This document shows positions 40,823 through 51,729 of a stretch of 64,000 bases of DNA, piece by piece. The stretch's first letter is position 1; every line of letters begins with the position of its first letter. The position numbers and the translations under genes were made by a program. A model generated the notes under the pieces. It was not told where the DNA came from and made no database searches. It was given only the letters and a program-made list of their open reading frames with translations. The DNA lies in contig OZ024743.1 in NCBI GenBank assembly GCA_964016885.1, forward strand, positions 29,636,001 through 29,700,000, written 5' to 3'. The stretch comes from Eledone cirrhosa. Its lineage: Eukaryota.

Positions 40823-41901
40823 CCGAATTAGTGTGGTAGAGACGAGTACACATGTTGTTGAGGTGTATAACTTTGTCAATACTCTGATATGGCCAGTTCA
40901 TGGTTGGGTTCTTATTTCTCTGAGGAACTGGAATCATATGAATTTTGGTAGTGTTGTTGGCGTTGTGGTCAGCTTATGTCGTGCTGCTGCTGACAATTTA
41001 GAAGTAACTGTGTGTGTGTTTCTTCATCCCTCCTGCCACCATCTCCCGTATATGACCACAGCACCAATATGTTGGAGGCAATGAGGAGGTGTATTCACCA
41101 TTTCTTTAAGAACCAGGGGCTCAGTAGGGAACTAGACCCAAATAGAAAGGTAGTTAACTTCCTTGACACCACCCTAAACCTGAACACCGAACAATACTAC
41201 CCTTACGACAAGCCAAACGATAAACTCGTGTATGTTAACGCCAAGTCAAACCACCCTAGATCCATAACCAAGGTCGTGGTGTAAATTGTCAGCAGCAGCA
41301 CGACATAAGCTGACCACAACACCAACAACACTACCAAAATAAGTGTAGAGGCCAGATGTACTTAACAATAGCAAACACAAACACTACAGGGAGCCTCACC
41401 TCAGAAAGAATTTCTATAGACTTTGGACTGAGGAATGCTCTGAAAACTGACCAATGGGAAGTTTGACCTTAGAAATCTTTATAACATTGAGATGGGTAGA
41501 ACACACACGCGCACATTTTATTCAATTATTTTATTTTATTTTGTTCCTTTACCATCTTATTCCTTCTACCACTTTATCACCCTTTTTTTAGCTGACTCCA
41601 ACAACAACACCACTACCAACATAAGAATAGAGGTCAGATGTACCTAACAATAACAAGAACAACAACTACAGATTGGCTTGCCTCAGAACGCATTTCTATA
41701 GACTTTTGACTGAGGAATGTTCTAACAACTGACCAATGAGAGGAGAAGAGGCCCTTTGACACTGAAATTCGTTTGTTTAAATTCATATGATTCCAGTTCC
41801 TCAGTGAAATAACAAACCAACCAGGAACTGGGCATATCAGAGTATTGACAAGGTTATACACCTCAACAACATGTATACTCGTCTCTACCACACTAATTCG
41901 G

Positions 41902-41956
41902 ACTGCCTGAACAGGTCATACCCAAAGATGGCTGTCAGCGAAACATATATAGCAGT
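41902..41956 (+). ncRNA. Degenerate hammerhead copy
   Basis: actgc-CTGAACA (G8C)...GAAACATATATA-gcagt. Confidence 0.5.
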
Positions 41957-41997
41957 AATAAACGAAACCAAATTTTAAACATTTGACTTATTTATTT

Positions 41998-42068
<71 letters not shown>

Positions 42069-42171
42069 ATATATATATATATATCATATTATATTATATA
42101 TATATATATTTTTTTTTTTTCTTTTTAAATAAATATATATATATATATAATATATATATATCATATTATAT

Positions 42172-42237
<66 letters not shown>

Positions 42238-42245
42238 AGGAGAGA

Positions 42246-42283
<38 letters not shown>

Positions 42284-42346
42284 TATATATATATATATAT
42301 TAGAAAGTGAGGTTTTTTTTACAAAATGAAAAATAACCGAGGTGTC

Positions 42347-42444
42347 CTACACGAGTGAAAGTATAAAGAAAAAGAGATGAAATCGAAAATGCAACTGAAG
42401 TCTTATTTTTTTAAAAAATATATATATTTATTTGGTTCCTTTAC
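42347..42444 (-). other. Putative 98-nt GT-AG intron in the pLTR, starting at the HHR cleavage triplet
   Basis: Minus: CCG|GTAAAG...tttcatctcttttctttatactttcactcgtgTAG|gacacc; GT and AG are retained in the 6.5-kb copy. Confidence 0.5.
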
Positions 42445-42475
42445 CGGTTTCGCAGTTCTTCTGCTTTTCAAAAGG
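42438..42475 (-). ncRNA. Minimal hammerhead (U3-A8 variant), inverted pLTR copy
   Basis: Exact reverse complement of 48035-48072. Confidence 0.85.
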
Positions 42476-43568
42476 TGAGTTGAGATGGAGGGTCTGTGGT
42501 TTTTCTCACATCTGGTTGGTCTCTAAATGTTACTTGTTTTATATGGAAAAAGTGGCTCGAAATTCCAGGTTTTTCGAGAAGTAATTTGATTGGTTTGTCA
42601 ATAATTATAATAAATTTCGCGCCAGTTCGCGTTACAATAGTTCTTCAAATAAGAGAGGGGGGGGGTTGTCACAGGTTGTTTTTTCATATATGAGTGTTTG
42701 AATTTCTTTTTACTTGAAAAAAGGAGGCTCACGAAGGCTTTTTTTTGGGGGGGGGTGTTATAAATGAAATTTGGCTGTCACGTGAACAAGTTTTTATTAC
42801 ATTTTTGCGCCCTTATTTGGAAAACTATTCTGTAGTCTTTATAGTGAATGTTATGACAATGGAGAGATAGTGGTCAAGAGAAAAGGGATTGGGAGAAATG
42901 TTCTGGTTCAGTGAATATGGCCAGCTCGCCGGGTGTCAGAGTTCAGATTTTCTATTGAGACTGAAGATATGTATGTTTATTTGTGTGCTTGTGTGTGTGT
43001 GTGTGTGTGTGTATGTGTGTATTGGAAGATGATTCTATTAGTAGAGATGGGGGAGGGAGTTGTGTCTGTGTGTATATGGGTGTTATGTGTGTGTGTGCGA
43101 GTATGTTAAGATGGAGAGAATATATATTTTTTGTGTGTGTGTATATATATGTGTAGGAAAGTGGTTCTATTAGTAGAAATGGGGAGGGAGTTGTAGGTGT
43201 GGGGGTTGTTATGTGTGTGTATGGGTGTTATGTGTGTGGGAGTATGGTTAGCATGTTAAGATGAAGAGAATATATATATATATATATATTGTGTGTGAGT
43301 GTATGTGTGTGTGTAGGAAAGTGATTCCTTTAGTAGGAATATTTTTGAATGAAGATATTTTCCTTACTTTTTCGTGTTTGCTGTTGTATTGCCAGTGCAA
43401 ACGTATGTTAAGGTTTATTTAGTTCGGGTTTTTATTTTCTAAAATAGAAGGTGTTATGTGTGTGTGTGTATGTCATATTGTGGTGTCGACATAATGTATA
43501 TTAAACCTTAATTAATGTTGGTCTATATTTTTGAATAAACATATATACCCACCACACGAAGACCGAAA

Positions 43569-44771
43569 ATGCCACCAAAGTCTCAACAAAACAACAACTC
43601 ACTGAACCAGGACATCTTAAATGAACTCAAAGAGATTTCCTCTAAACTCTCAATTTTGACCAACAAAGTGGACCAAATACACATCTATAAAAAAGGACTC
43701 CACGAAGAAACAGAAAATACCCAATATACGAATATTACCCCAGTATTAACTAAGCTAATCGAAACCATTGAAACAGCAATGCTCCAAAAGCTTGAACAAC
43801 CGTTAGAACCCAATCTACGAGATGTTCACTCAGTGAAAAACACCCTAATCAACATATGGAATCAAAAGCTCACAGCCCGCAAATTCGCCATTTGGAATCT
43901 CCTAAAAAATAATGGCAAGGCAGACATATATGAAAAGTGGCTAAACTCTACCCCAATCATCCTCCCCAAAAAACTCCAAATAAAACCCATCCCGAATGAA
44001 CCAGAAAACCAACAAAGACTTAGGGAAAAGATGGCATTGGAAAAATTTAAAACAGAAATAGAACAGTTGCGATTAAGAGCCAACTCCAACGAAGAAAAAT
44101 TCAAGTCACTCGACCAACATATGGACACAGAAATCTCAAAGCACTATGAAGGCCTACTATACAAAAAAACCCTAAAACTTTGGAAAGAAAACTGTGAGGA
44201 TGAAGAACTAACATCCCTCCAGCGATGGGAAAAAAACGCCACCTGGTTCAATAACTACGAAATGGACTTCAAAAATGAACAACATACAGGTAATCCATTT
44301 TTAAAACAAACTAAAACTCACACACCACATGCACAACAAATAACAAAAAAAGTAACAAAACGTCCATCATACCCCCAGCAAAACTATAACGATAATCCCA
44401 GAAACCATAGACAAAACTATAACCCTACTAACAAAAACCAAAGATCCCCGAACAAAAGGCAGGACCTGATCCACAGATCACAACCCACACAAAACCTATT
44501 CCAAAACCGTAGACCCCTGCCCACACAGAGCCTGTTCCAAAACCGTAGATCCCAACCCACACAAAGGAACCAAATCTACAACCCGGACTATCAACAAACC
44601 GAACCTCAATACGTCCGAAACTTCTATACAAGACCACACAACAACAGGGGAAATACCATTAGATATAATAATACCAATGAAAAAACATTCCAGAAAAATC
44701 ATTTTTTAGACCAAGGCGACAGGACTCACGACACCCGGTGGCACAAACCGATTTTGAAAACCCGAAAATAA
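43569..44771 (+). CDS. PLE upstream ORF1 (helical/coiled-coil-like N-terminus, N/Q/R-rich low-complexity C-terminus)
   Basis: Uninterrupted 400-aa ATG ORF inside the element, overlapping the RT frame. Confidence 0.75.
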   Translation: MPPKSQQNNNSLNQDILNELKEISSKLSILTNKVDQIHIYKKGLHEETENTQYTNITPVLTKLIETIETAMLQKLEQPLEPNLRDVHSVKNTLINIWNQKLTARKFAIWNLLKNNGKADIYEKWLNSTPIILPKKLQIKPIPNEPENQQRLREKMALEKFKTEIEQLRLRANSNEEKFKSLDQHMDTEISKHYEGLLYKKTLKLWKENCEDEELTSLQRWEKNATWFNNYEMDFKNEQHTGNPFLKQTKTHTPHAQQITKKVTKRPSYPQQNYNDNPRNHRQNYNPTNKNQRSPNKRQDLIHRSQPTQNLFQNRRPLPTQSLFQNRRSQPTQRNQIYNPDYQQTEPQYVRNFYTRPHNNRGNTIRYNNTNEKTFQKNHFLDQGDRTHDTRWHKPILKTRK

Positions 44772-46117
44772 TTAACATTTCAAATACAAACCTCTCAGCC
44801 CAACAAGTAAAAATTATCTCCAAAGGTCTGAAATTCACACCAACACCACAATACCCTAACCCCAACGAGATAAATGACGATATCTCACACTTCTGTAGAA
44901 AATTAGGTCTCACAGAGGAATTCTTTGACAAGGAGAATAACGTCGAATCAATTGTACGGAATAAAAGCAGCTACAACCCAACAAAAGGTAGAAACAGAGT
45001 TCTGGACAAATTTTGTGACCACATAGCTACCTTCCCATACCATGAACTACCGCAACCTAAACCCAAACCCAACACAAGTCGAAGGGAATGGGAGATTATC
45101 CATGAACTAAAAAACAATACGGACATTGTAATTAAGGAAGCGGGCAAGGGAAGTACTGTTGTCATTATGGAGGCTGAAAAATATAAAAATTCTATGTTCT
45201 CTCTCTTACAAAATACTAATTACTATGAAAGAGTAAAAAACTACCAGCAATCAAAAATAATGACCAAATTAAACACACTGATTTATCGATACCAGGAAGA
45301 CCTAACTAAAAAGGAACGCGATTATTTAACAAATTTTGAATACAAAACCAGCAACCTTTACGGACTTCCGAAGATCCACAAATGTAAAATAATCAACGAT
45401 GCCTGTAAACAATCCACCTCAGCCTGCGTGAACACACAATACCCCACATACCTTAAATTAAGACCAATTGTAGCGGGCCCACAATGTGAAACACACAGAT
45501 TGAGCAACTTTATAGACATACTACTGAAACCAATACTGAAACACATACCAAGCCTTGTAAGAGACGATGTGGACCTCTTAAACCACCTCCCCAAACATGT
45601 CAACAACGACACTATTATTGTGTCTTTCGATGTAGTGAATCTCTACACAACGATCCCACACCAATACGGACTAGAAGCAATAGGATTCTGGCTAGAGAAA
45701 TATCCCAATGAGATACGTGACAGAATAGAAAAAAGCTTCATCACCGAGGGATTAAAATTCATCCTACAGAACAACTTTTTTGATTTCGATGGCAATACTT
45801 ACAAGCAAATATCGGGGACTGCGATGGACACAAAAGCCGCTCCAACTTATGCCAACTTAGTCATGGCATACTTAGAAGTCCATATATATGAACAGTCCAA
45901 ATCAAAATACGGATTGAACTTCCATAAATATTTATCAGAGAATTGGAAACGCTACTTGGACGATTGCCTCATTCTTTGGTCCCACACACTCGACCAACTG
46001 AAGGATTTCAAAAACTTAATAAACGGCATCAATAACCACATCCAATTCCCAATGGAATACAGCCAAGATCAACTCCCATTTCTTAATCACAAAAAAAGAC
46101 ACAAATATCGAAACTGA
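44708..46117 (+). CDS. PLE reverse transcriptase, in the -1 frame relative to ORF1, with no ATG upstream of the first conserved motif
   Basis: IINIS..KGLKFTPTP; YGLPKIHK; LRPIVAGP; SFDVVNLYTTIP; QISGTAMDTKAAPTYANL; WKRYLDD. Confidence 0.92.
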   Translation, partial: RPRRQDSRHPVAQTDFENPKIINISNTNLSAQQVKIISKGLKFTPTPQYPNPNEINDDISHFCRKLGLTEEFFDKENNVESIVRNKSSYNPTKGRNRVLDKFCDHIATFPYHELPQPKPKPNTSRREWEIIHELKNNTDIVIKEAGKGSTVVIMEAEKYKNSMFSLLQNTNYYERVKNYQQSKIMTKLNTLIYRYQEDLTKKERDYLTNFEYKTSNLYGLPKIHKCKIINDACKQSTSACVNTQYPTYLKLRPIVAGPQCETHRLSNFIDILLKPILKHIPSLVRDDVDLLNHLPKHVNNDTIIVSFDVVNLYTTIPHQYGLEAIGFWLEKYPNEIRDRIEKSFITEGLKFILQNNFFDFDGNTYKQISGTAMDTKAAPTYANLVMAYLEVHIYEQSKSKYGLNFHKYLSENWKRYLDDCLILWSHTLDQLKDFKNLINGINNHIQFPMEYSQDQLPFLNHKKRHKYRN

Positions 46118-46999
46118 CATACACTACAAACCAACAGATTCCAAACAATATCTGCTATTCACCTCCAACCATCCAAAGCACACGAAGACGAACATTCCTT
46201 TTAACCTAGCAAGAAGAATTTGCACAATTGTCTCCAATTATGAAACGCGAAATAAAAGACTTCAAGAATTAAAGGAAATTCTACTTGAGAGAGAGTACCC
46301 ACTATTACTAATAAATAATGAAATAGAAAGGGCTAAAGCAATAGGCATTGATGAATTACGGAAACAGAAACAAATTCAAGGTACGTCCAATATTCTATCA
46401 TATATCTCAACACACAATCCAAGAAATGCGGTAGCTTACAACACTATTCACAATAACATCCCACTACTAAAACAAAACCCAAGAATGAAAAAGCCCTTGA
46501 AACACACAAAATAATCAAAAGCAAAAGACAACCAAAATCACTGAAAACATTACTCACCAATGCCAAATTACCTACCACAGACCCACAACCAAGTATCAAA
46601 AAATGTGGTCGCTCTAATTGTGGAACCTGCACTCACCTCATTGAAGGCAACACGTATACATTTAAATCAGGACAACATTTTACTGTAAAAAATCACTTCA
46701 CTTGCTCATCAAAAAATCTAGTTTATGCCATTAAATGTAAAGGATGCAATGAAGATTATATAGGACAAACTAAACTCACACTCAGAAACAGAATGACAGT
46801 TCATCGCCAACAATTACGAGCCCAAACAACGAGACAGATACCACTAAGTGCACATCTAGACATTTGCGCAAGTAATAAGACACCCAAATTCCAAGTCTTC
46901 CCATTTTACCTTTGCGCTAACAATACAACAGAACAAATGCGAATAAATAAGGAAAATATGTTTATTCAAAAATATAGACCAACATTAAATAAGGTTTAA
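46085..46999 (+). pseudogene. RT thumb, Zn linker and GIY-YIG endonuclease, frameshifted
   Basis: TDIHYKPTDSKQYLLFTSNHPKH; KCGRSNCGTC; FTCSSKNLVYAIKCKGCNEDYIGQT..RMTVH..SAH..ENMFIQKYRPTLN. Confidence 0.92.
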
Positions 47000-48034
47000 T
47001 ATACATTATGTCAACACCACAATATGACATACACACACATAACACCTTCTACTTTAGAAAATAAAAACCCGAACTAAATAAACCTTAACATACGTTTGCA
47101 CTGGCAATACAACAGCAAACACGAAAAAGTAAGGAAAATATGTTCATTCAAAAATATTCCTACTAAAGGAATCACTTTCCTACACACACACATACACACA
47201 CACACAATATATATATATATATATATTCTCTTCATCTTAACATGCTAACCATACTCCCACACACATAACACCCATACACACACATAACAACCCCCACACC
47301 TACAACTCCCACCCCATTTCTACTAATAGAACCACTTTCCTACACACATATATATACACACACACACAAAAAATATATATTCTCTCCATCTTAACATACT
47401 CGCACACACACACATAACACCCATATATACACACACACAACTCCCTCCCCCATCTCTACTAATAGAATCATCTTCCAATACACACATACACACACACACA
47501 CACATACACACATACACACACACAAGCACACAAATAAACATACATATCTTCAGTCTCAATAGAAAATCTGAACTCTGACACCCGGCGAGCTCGCCATATT
47601 CACTGAACCAGAACATTTCTCCCAATCCCTTTTCTCTTGACCACTATCTCTCCATTGTCATAACATTCACTATAAAGACTACAGAATAGTTTTCCAAATA
47701 AGGGCGCAAAAATGTAATAAAAACTTGTTCACGTGACAGCCAAATTTCATTTATACCCCCCCCCCCCAAATAAAGCCTTCGTGAGCCTCCTTTTTTCAAG
47801 TAAAAAGAAATTCAAACACTCATATATGAAAAAACAACCTGTGACACCCCCCCTCTCTTATTTGAAGAACTATTGTAACGCGAACTGGCGCGAAATTTAT
47901 TATAATTATTGACAAATCAATCAAATTACTTCTCGAAAAACCTGGAATTTCGAGCCACTTTTTCCATATAAAACAAGTAACATTCAGAGACCAACCAGTT
48001 GTGAGAAAAACCACAGACCCTCCATCTCAACTCA

Positions 48035-48072
48035 CCTTTTGAAAAGCAGAAGAACTGCGAAACCGGTAAAGG
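48035..48072 (+). ncRNA. Minimal type I hammerhead, compensatory U3-A8 core
   Basis: cctt-TTGAAAA-gcag-aagaa-ctgc-GAAA-CCGG-TA-aagg. Confidence 0.88.
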
Positions 48073-48309
48073 AACCAAATAAATATATATATTTAAAAAA
48101 AAAATAAGACTTCAGTTGCATTTTCGATTTCATCTCTTTTTCTTTATATATATATATATCTGTTAGAACACGAAAAGTGTGAAACAACAGAATGTTCACT
48201 TTTGGTGTTCTAACATATATGCGTAACTTCTTCATAAATTTTCCGGGGATAGCCGTGGTGGTGGTGATCGTATGTCATTGGCTAATTTTCACCCAATCAG
48301 AGTAAGTGT

Positions 48310-48340
<31 letters not shown>

Positions 48341-48889
48341 CTATTCCCCCTCTCTCTATATATATCTTACGCTTTCGCTTTACACTCCTCCCCTTCAATA
48401 ACACATTTCCCCCTCTCTATATATCTCTTATACTGTTACACTTATATTTCCATTTATTTATTACCCCCTCTCTCTATATCTCTTCCACTGTTACTTACGC
48501 CTGTTTCTCTCTATCTGTTCCGTCTCTATATATATCTCTCTTACTCTTTCGCTTTGCACTCCTCCCCTTCAATACCATCTCTCCCCCTCTCTATATATTT
48601 GTTACTCTATCGCTGCACGCTCCTCTCCTTCAATATATCAATTACACACTTACGCTTTACACTCCTTTATCCCCAGCGCCCCTATATATACCCCCCCGCA
48701 TCTATATTTTAATGTTCCGTTGCACCGTGAATATATGTGTCTATATATATATACATATATATTGTATATACACATTCATGTATGTGTATACACACTCATG
48801 TATGTATATACACTGGTTTTATGTGTGTATTGTAAATTTGTACTGTTAAAACACGAAACTAACATTCGATTGACACTTTGATTACCTGT

Positions 48890-48953
48890 ACAGGCAATAG
48901 TTATTAGAATGCTGTTGAAGTGTGTATATATTTTTGGGGGACATCCTGTATAT
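48890..48953. mobile_element. Tc1/mariner terminal inverted repeat remnant
   Basis: Reverse complement reads TA-CAGGATGTCCCCCAAAAATATATACAC. Confidence 0.5.
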
Positions 48954-49752
48954 ACACACATTATATATAATACAATAAACAGATAAATACACACATATAT
49001 ATATGAGCTTATTTAATTATAAATATTGTGAATTTTTAACTCAGTTCAATTATATATATAAATGGCTTCTACAGGACTAGAACTGTTTCATTCGAAAGAA
49101 ATCATCATAATATTGAGAGGGGGGACTAGATAAAATATTTCAAATCAAATGTGTATAAGTTATAAGTTAAAATGTATAAATAGAGACGATAGTGGAGGTA
49201 TATCTGTTTAGTGGAACAGTAGACGATAGAATTAAATACAGACGAGAATCTCCCTTTAATGAAACAGCAGACGATAGAATTAAGGCAATTTAAATTTTAA
49301 GCATTTGCATTTTTGCCTTTCATCGTTACGGGGTCGATAAAATAAAGTACGAGTAATACACTGTCACTATAAGTAGACGACTTTCAAATTGAATTGTTGG
49401 TTCCATTTCTTTAGTATTTTCAATTGTAGTTATCTACTTAAAAAGCGTTACACGGTTAGAGACATAATTGGTAAGTTATATCTTCCCTATTAAACCATTG
49501 CATTATTTCGCCTTCAATAGAACAAAAATGAAATGTTCTTTAAAGAAACAGGAATATAACTTTATAAAAAAAAAAGTTGCATCTGCTTCTTTTATCATTG
49601 ATAATTTTTTCGTTTTAATATTAATTGTTTTTTGTAGTTGTTTATATTAAAAATCTTACTGTAATATTTACTTAAACGAAGGCAGACATCTAAACTTATA
49701 GATTAATCTTGAGCGAAGGACTAGATAAATCTCTCTCTCTCTATATATATAT

Positions 49753-49966
49753 AAACGAAGAATGATAACATTTCAAGCAAAGAGTTTAATTAGGTAATGA
49801 CTTACAAATTTGTTTCAGTATATATTTAATATAATATTAATATATTTTGTAATATTATTAACTAATTATTATAATTAGCGCTTCAGGCTTTGTCTATATA
49901 CTGAAACAAATTTGTAAGTCATTACCTAATTAAACTCTTTGCTTGAAATTTTATCACTCTTCGTTT
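49753..49966. repeat. 72-bp inverted repeat, probable PLE pLTR-end remnant
   Basis: Arms 49753-49824 and 49895-49966; contain GAAA-CAAATTTG-TA-agtc. Confidence 0.75.
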
Positions 49967-50164
49967 TGAATTTCTCCTAACTATTCAATACTCTGTTGAG
50001 AAATACATTTTACATAAACAGTCTTTGTACCATGTATACGGTATTAATTACTTATATTTATATATATATATATATATATATATAGCGTATGATTAGAACT
50101 GTGTTTATTATTAATATTTTAATGGATTTAATGAAAAATTTTAGGTGTTCATATATATATTCTA

Positions 50165-50225
50165 AAAATGCGCGAAATCGTGAATCCGCGATAGTTGAAC
50201 CGCCAAGTAGCGAGGTATCACTGTA
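50165..50225. mobile_element. pogo/Tigger-like terminal inverted repeat remnant
   Basis: Reverse complement reads TA-CAGTGATACCTCGCTAC...TATCGCGGATTCACG. Confidence 0.5.
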
Positions 50226-50251
50226 TATATGTTTAAATATATAGTGTATCT

Positions 50252-50842
50252 GTGATGTATCTCGCGAGTGAATCGAGACCTGTCACTGATTTTGGTGTCC
50301 CCACTGCCGATGTAAATGAGCAACGCTGCACTTGTGAATTGGGTCTTGATGTTGCAGGCAGTTCATATACTTACAATGATGCGGTCCCACAAGCTTGTTC
50401 ACATTCCTGTGCTAATAATCTAGATGGGCGTATTAAATTGGATGTGAAAGCAGCTTACCGGATGGGGAATCGGGAGAAGTTGAGACAAAAACAGGCCGAT
50501 TATAGAGCTGTGAATTTTGCTAAATTAACACAAAAACAGGCCAAGTATAGATGTTCAAAACGGTATGACTTGGCAAACAAGCAGGCCAAGTATAGATCTG
50601 CAAATTCAGCTATTATATCTCAAAAGCAAGCCGAGCGTAGAGCTTCTAAACGTACCGAGTTGGCTAAAGAGCAGACCAAGTACAGATCTGCAAATCAAGA
50701 CAAAGTATTACAAACAAAGGCTATGTATAAAATTCACCATAAAGATAATATACAGTCTTATGAGAAAACATACTATAAAAAAAAGTTTCTTCATAAGCGG
50801 TCTTTGTATCAAATGAAGAAACTAAATAAAATGTTTAACTAG
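50252..50842 (+). CDS. ORF fragment with 15-aa basic repeats, probably transposon- or virus-derived
   Basis: KQADYRAVNFAKLTQ/KQAKYRCSKRYDLAN/KQAKYRSANSAIISQ/KQAERRASKRTELAK/EQTKYRSANQDKVLQ. Confidence 0.5.
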   Translation: MMYLASESRPVTDFGVPTADVNEQRCTCELGLDVAGSSYTYNDAVPQACSHSCANNLDGRIKLDVKAAYRMGNREKLRQKQADYRAVNFAKLTQKQAKYRCSKRYDLANKQAKYRSANSAIISQKQAERRASKRTELAKEQTKYRSANQDKVLQTKAMYKIHHKDNIQSYEKTYYKKKFLHKRSLYQMKKLNKMFN

Positions 50843-50876
50843 AGTTATTACAAGCGTTGCCTTAAAAAAATATTAA

Positions 50877-51718
50877 ACTAGACATGAAAAATGCGCAAGC
50901 TCAAAAGTGCCACAGAATGTTATAATAAACCTTCAAAAGTGTGGGACTAGAGTTGTTGCTAAAAAATATTGTAATCATTATATATCGTACATTCTGTGGC
51001 ATCCTTTAATAAGTACGTAATATTATTATCATATACTCATAGTAACAAAATAATTGTGTTGAAAATTAATATGATGCTTATATGAACGATCAAATCTATA
51101 ATGATAATTTCTTAAATATACTAATAGTAAAATAATTTAGTTATCTATTGTTACATTTTCATAGAACTATAATATTAACAATCGTATTGCATTATCAAAT
51201 TGTTATCACTACAAACTTTCATATTGGAATTACCTTAAGCCACTTATTATTACTTCGCTTTCGTACTTTTACAGCTGTAGATATTGCGCTGTATCTTATA
51301 TCTAATATCAATATCTCATGGTAATTTGCATGCAGTGTAAAATAGGTTTATTAATAACTTTAATATGAAATGTATTATACAAGGCTGCGGAGTCGGCCAA
51401 AAATTGACTGGCTCCAACTCAGGATCCGAAACTCCATTATTTCCTAAATTTCAGCTCCTCAGCTCTGTTATTATATTAATTAATTTATTTTATAGTTGTA
51501 AATCATATTTTTATATGTTACACTCTAAGAATTAACTAAGTGAAATAGCGTAAAAATAAAGGCTTCGTTGGTTTAAGCTATTTTTATAAAGGATGCCACA
51601 GAATGTACGATATATAATGATTACAATATTTTTTAGCAACAACTCTAGTCCCACACTTTTGAAGGTTTATTATAACATTCTGTGGCACTTTTGAGCTTGC
51701 GCATTTTTCATGTCTAGT
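50877..51718. repeat. 132-bp inverted repeat pair with ~580-bp spacer
   Basis: 50877-51008 is the reverse complement of 51587-51718. Confidence 0.85.
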
Positions 51719-51729
51719 ATATATATATG

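Larger units (their letters stand above)
35270..42000. mobile_element. Rearranged Hydra-like PLE cluster: inverted dimer plus direct pLTR repeats
   Basis: ~35785-38255 is inverted at ~38450-40940; 35300-36010 is repeated directly at 41283-42000; RT fragment 41040-41283. Confidence 0.88.
42300..48150 (+). mobile_element. Near-complete Neptune-type PLE with inverted 5' pLTR
   Basis: ORF1, RT, Cx4Cx2C linker and CCHH-type GIY-YIG; 42363-43545 is inverted at 46956-48147; (TA)n flanks. Confidence 0.92.

Noticed and set aside
47858-47905. Second hammerhead in the Neptune pLTR (TTGAAGA...GAAATTTATT)
   Set aside because: Stem I is possible but the stem II base is unpaired; at most a decayed tandem copy
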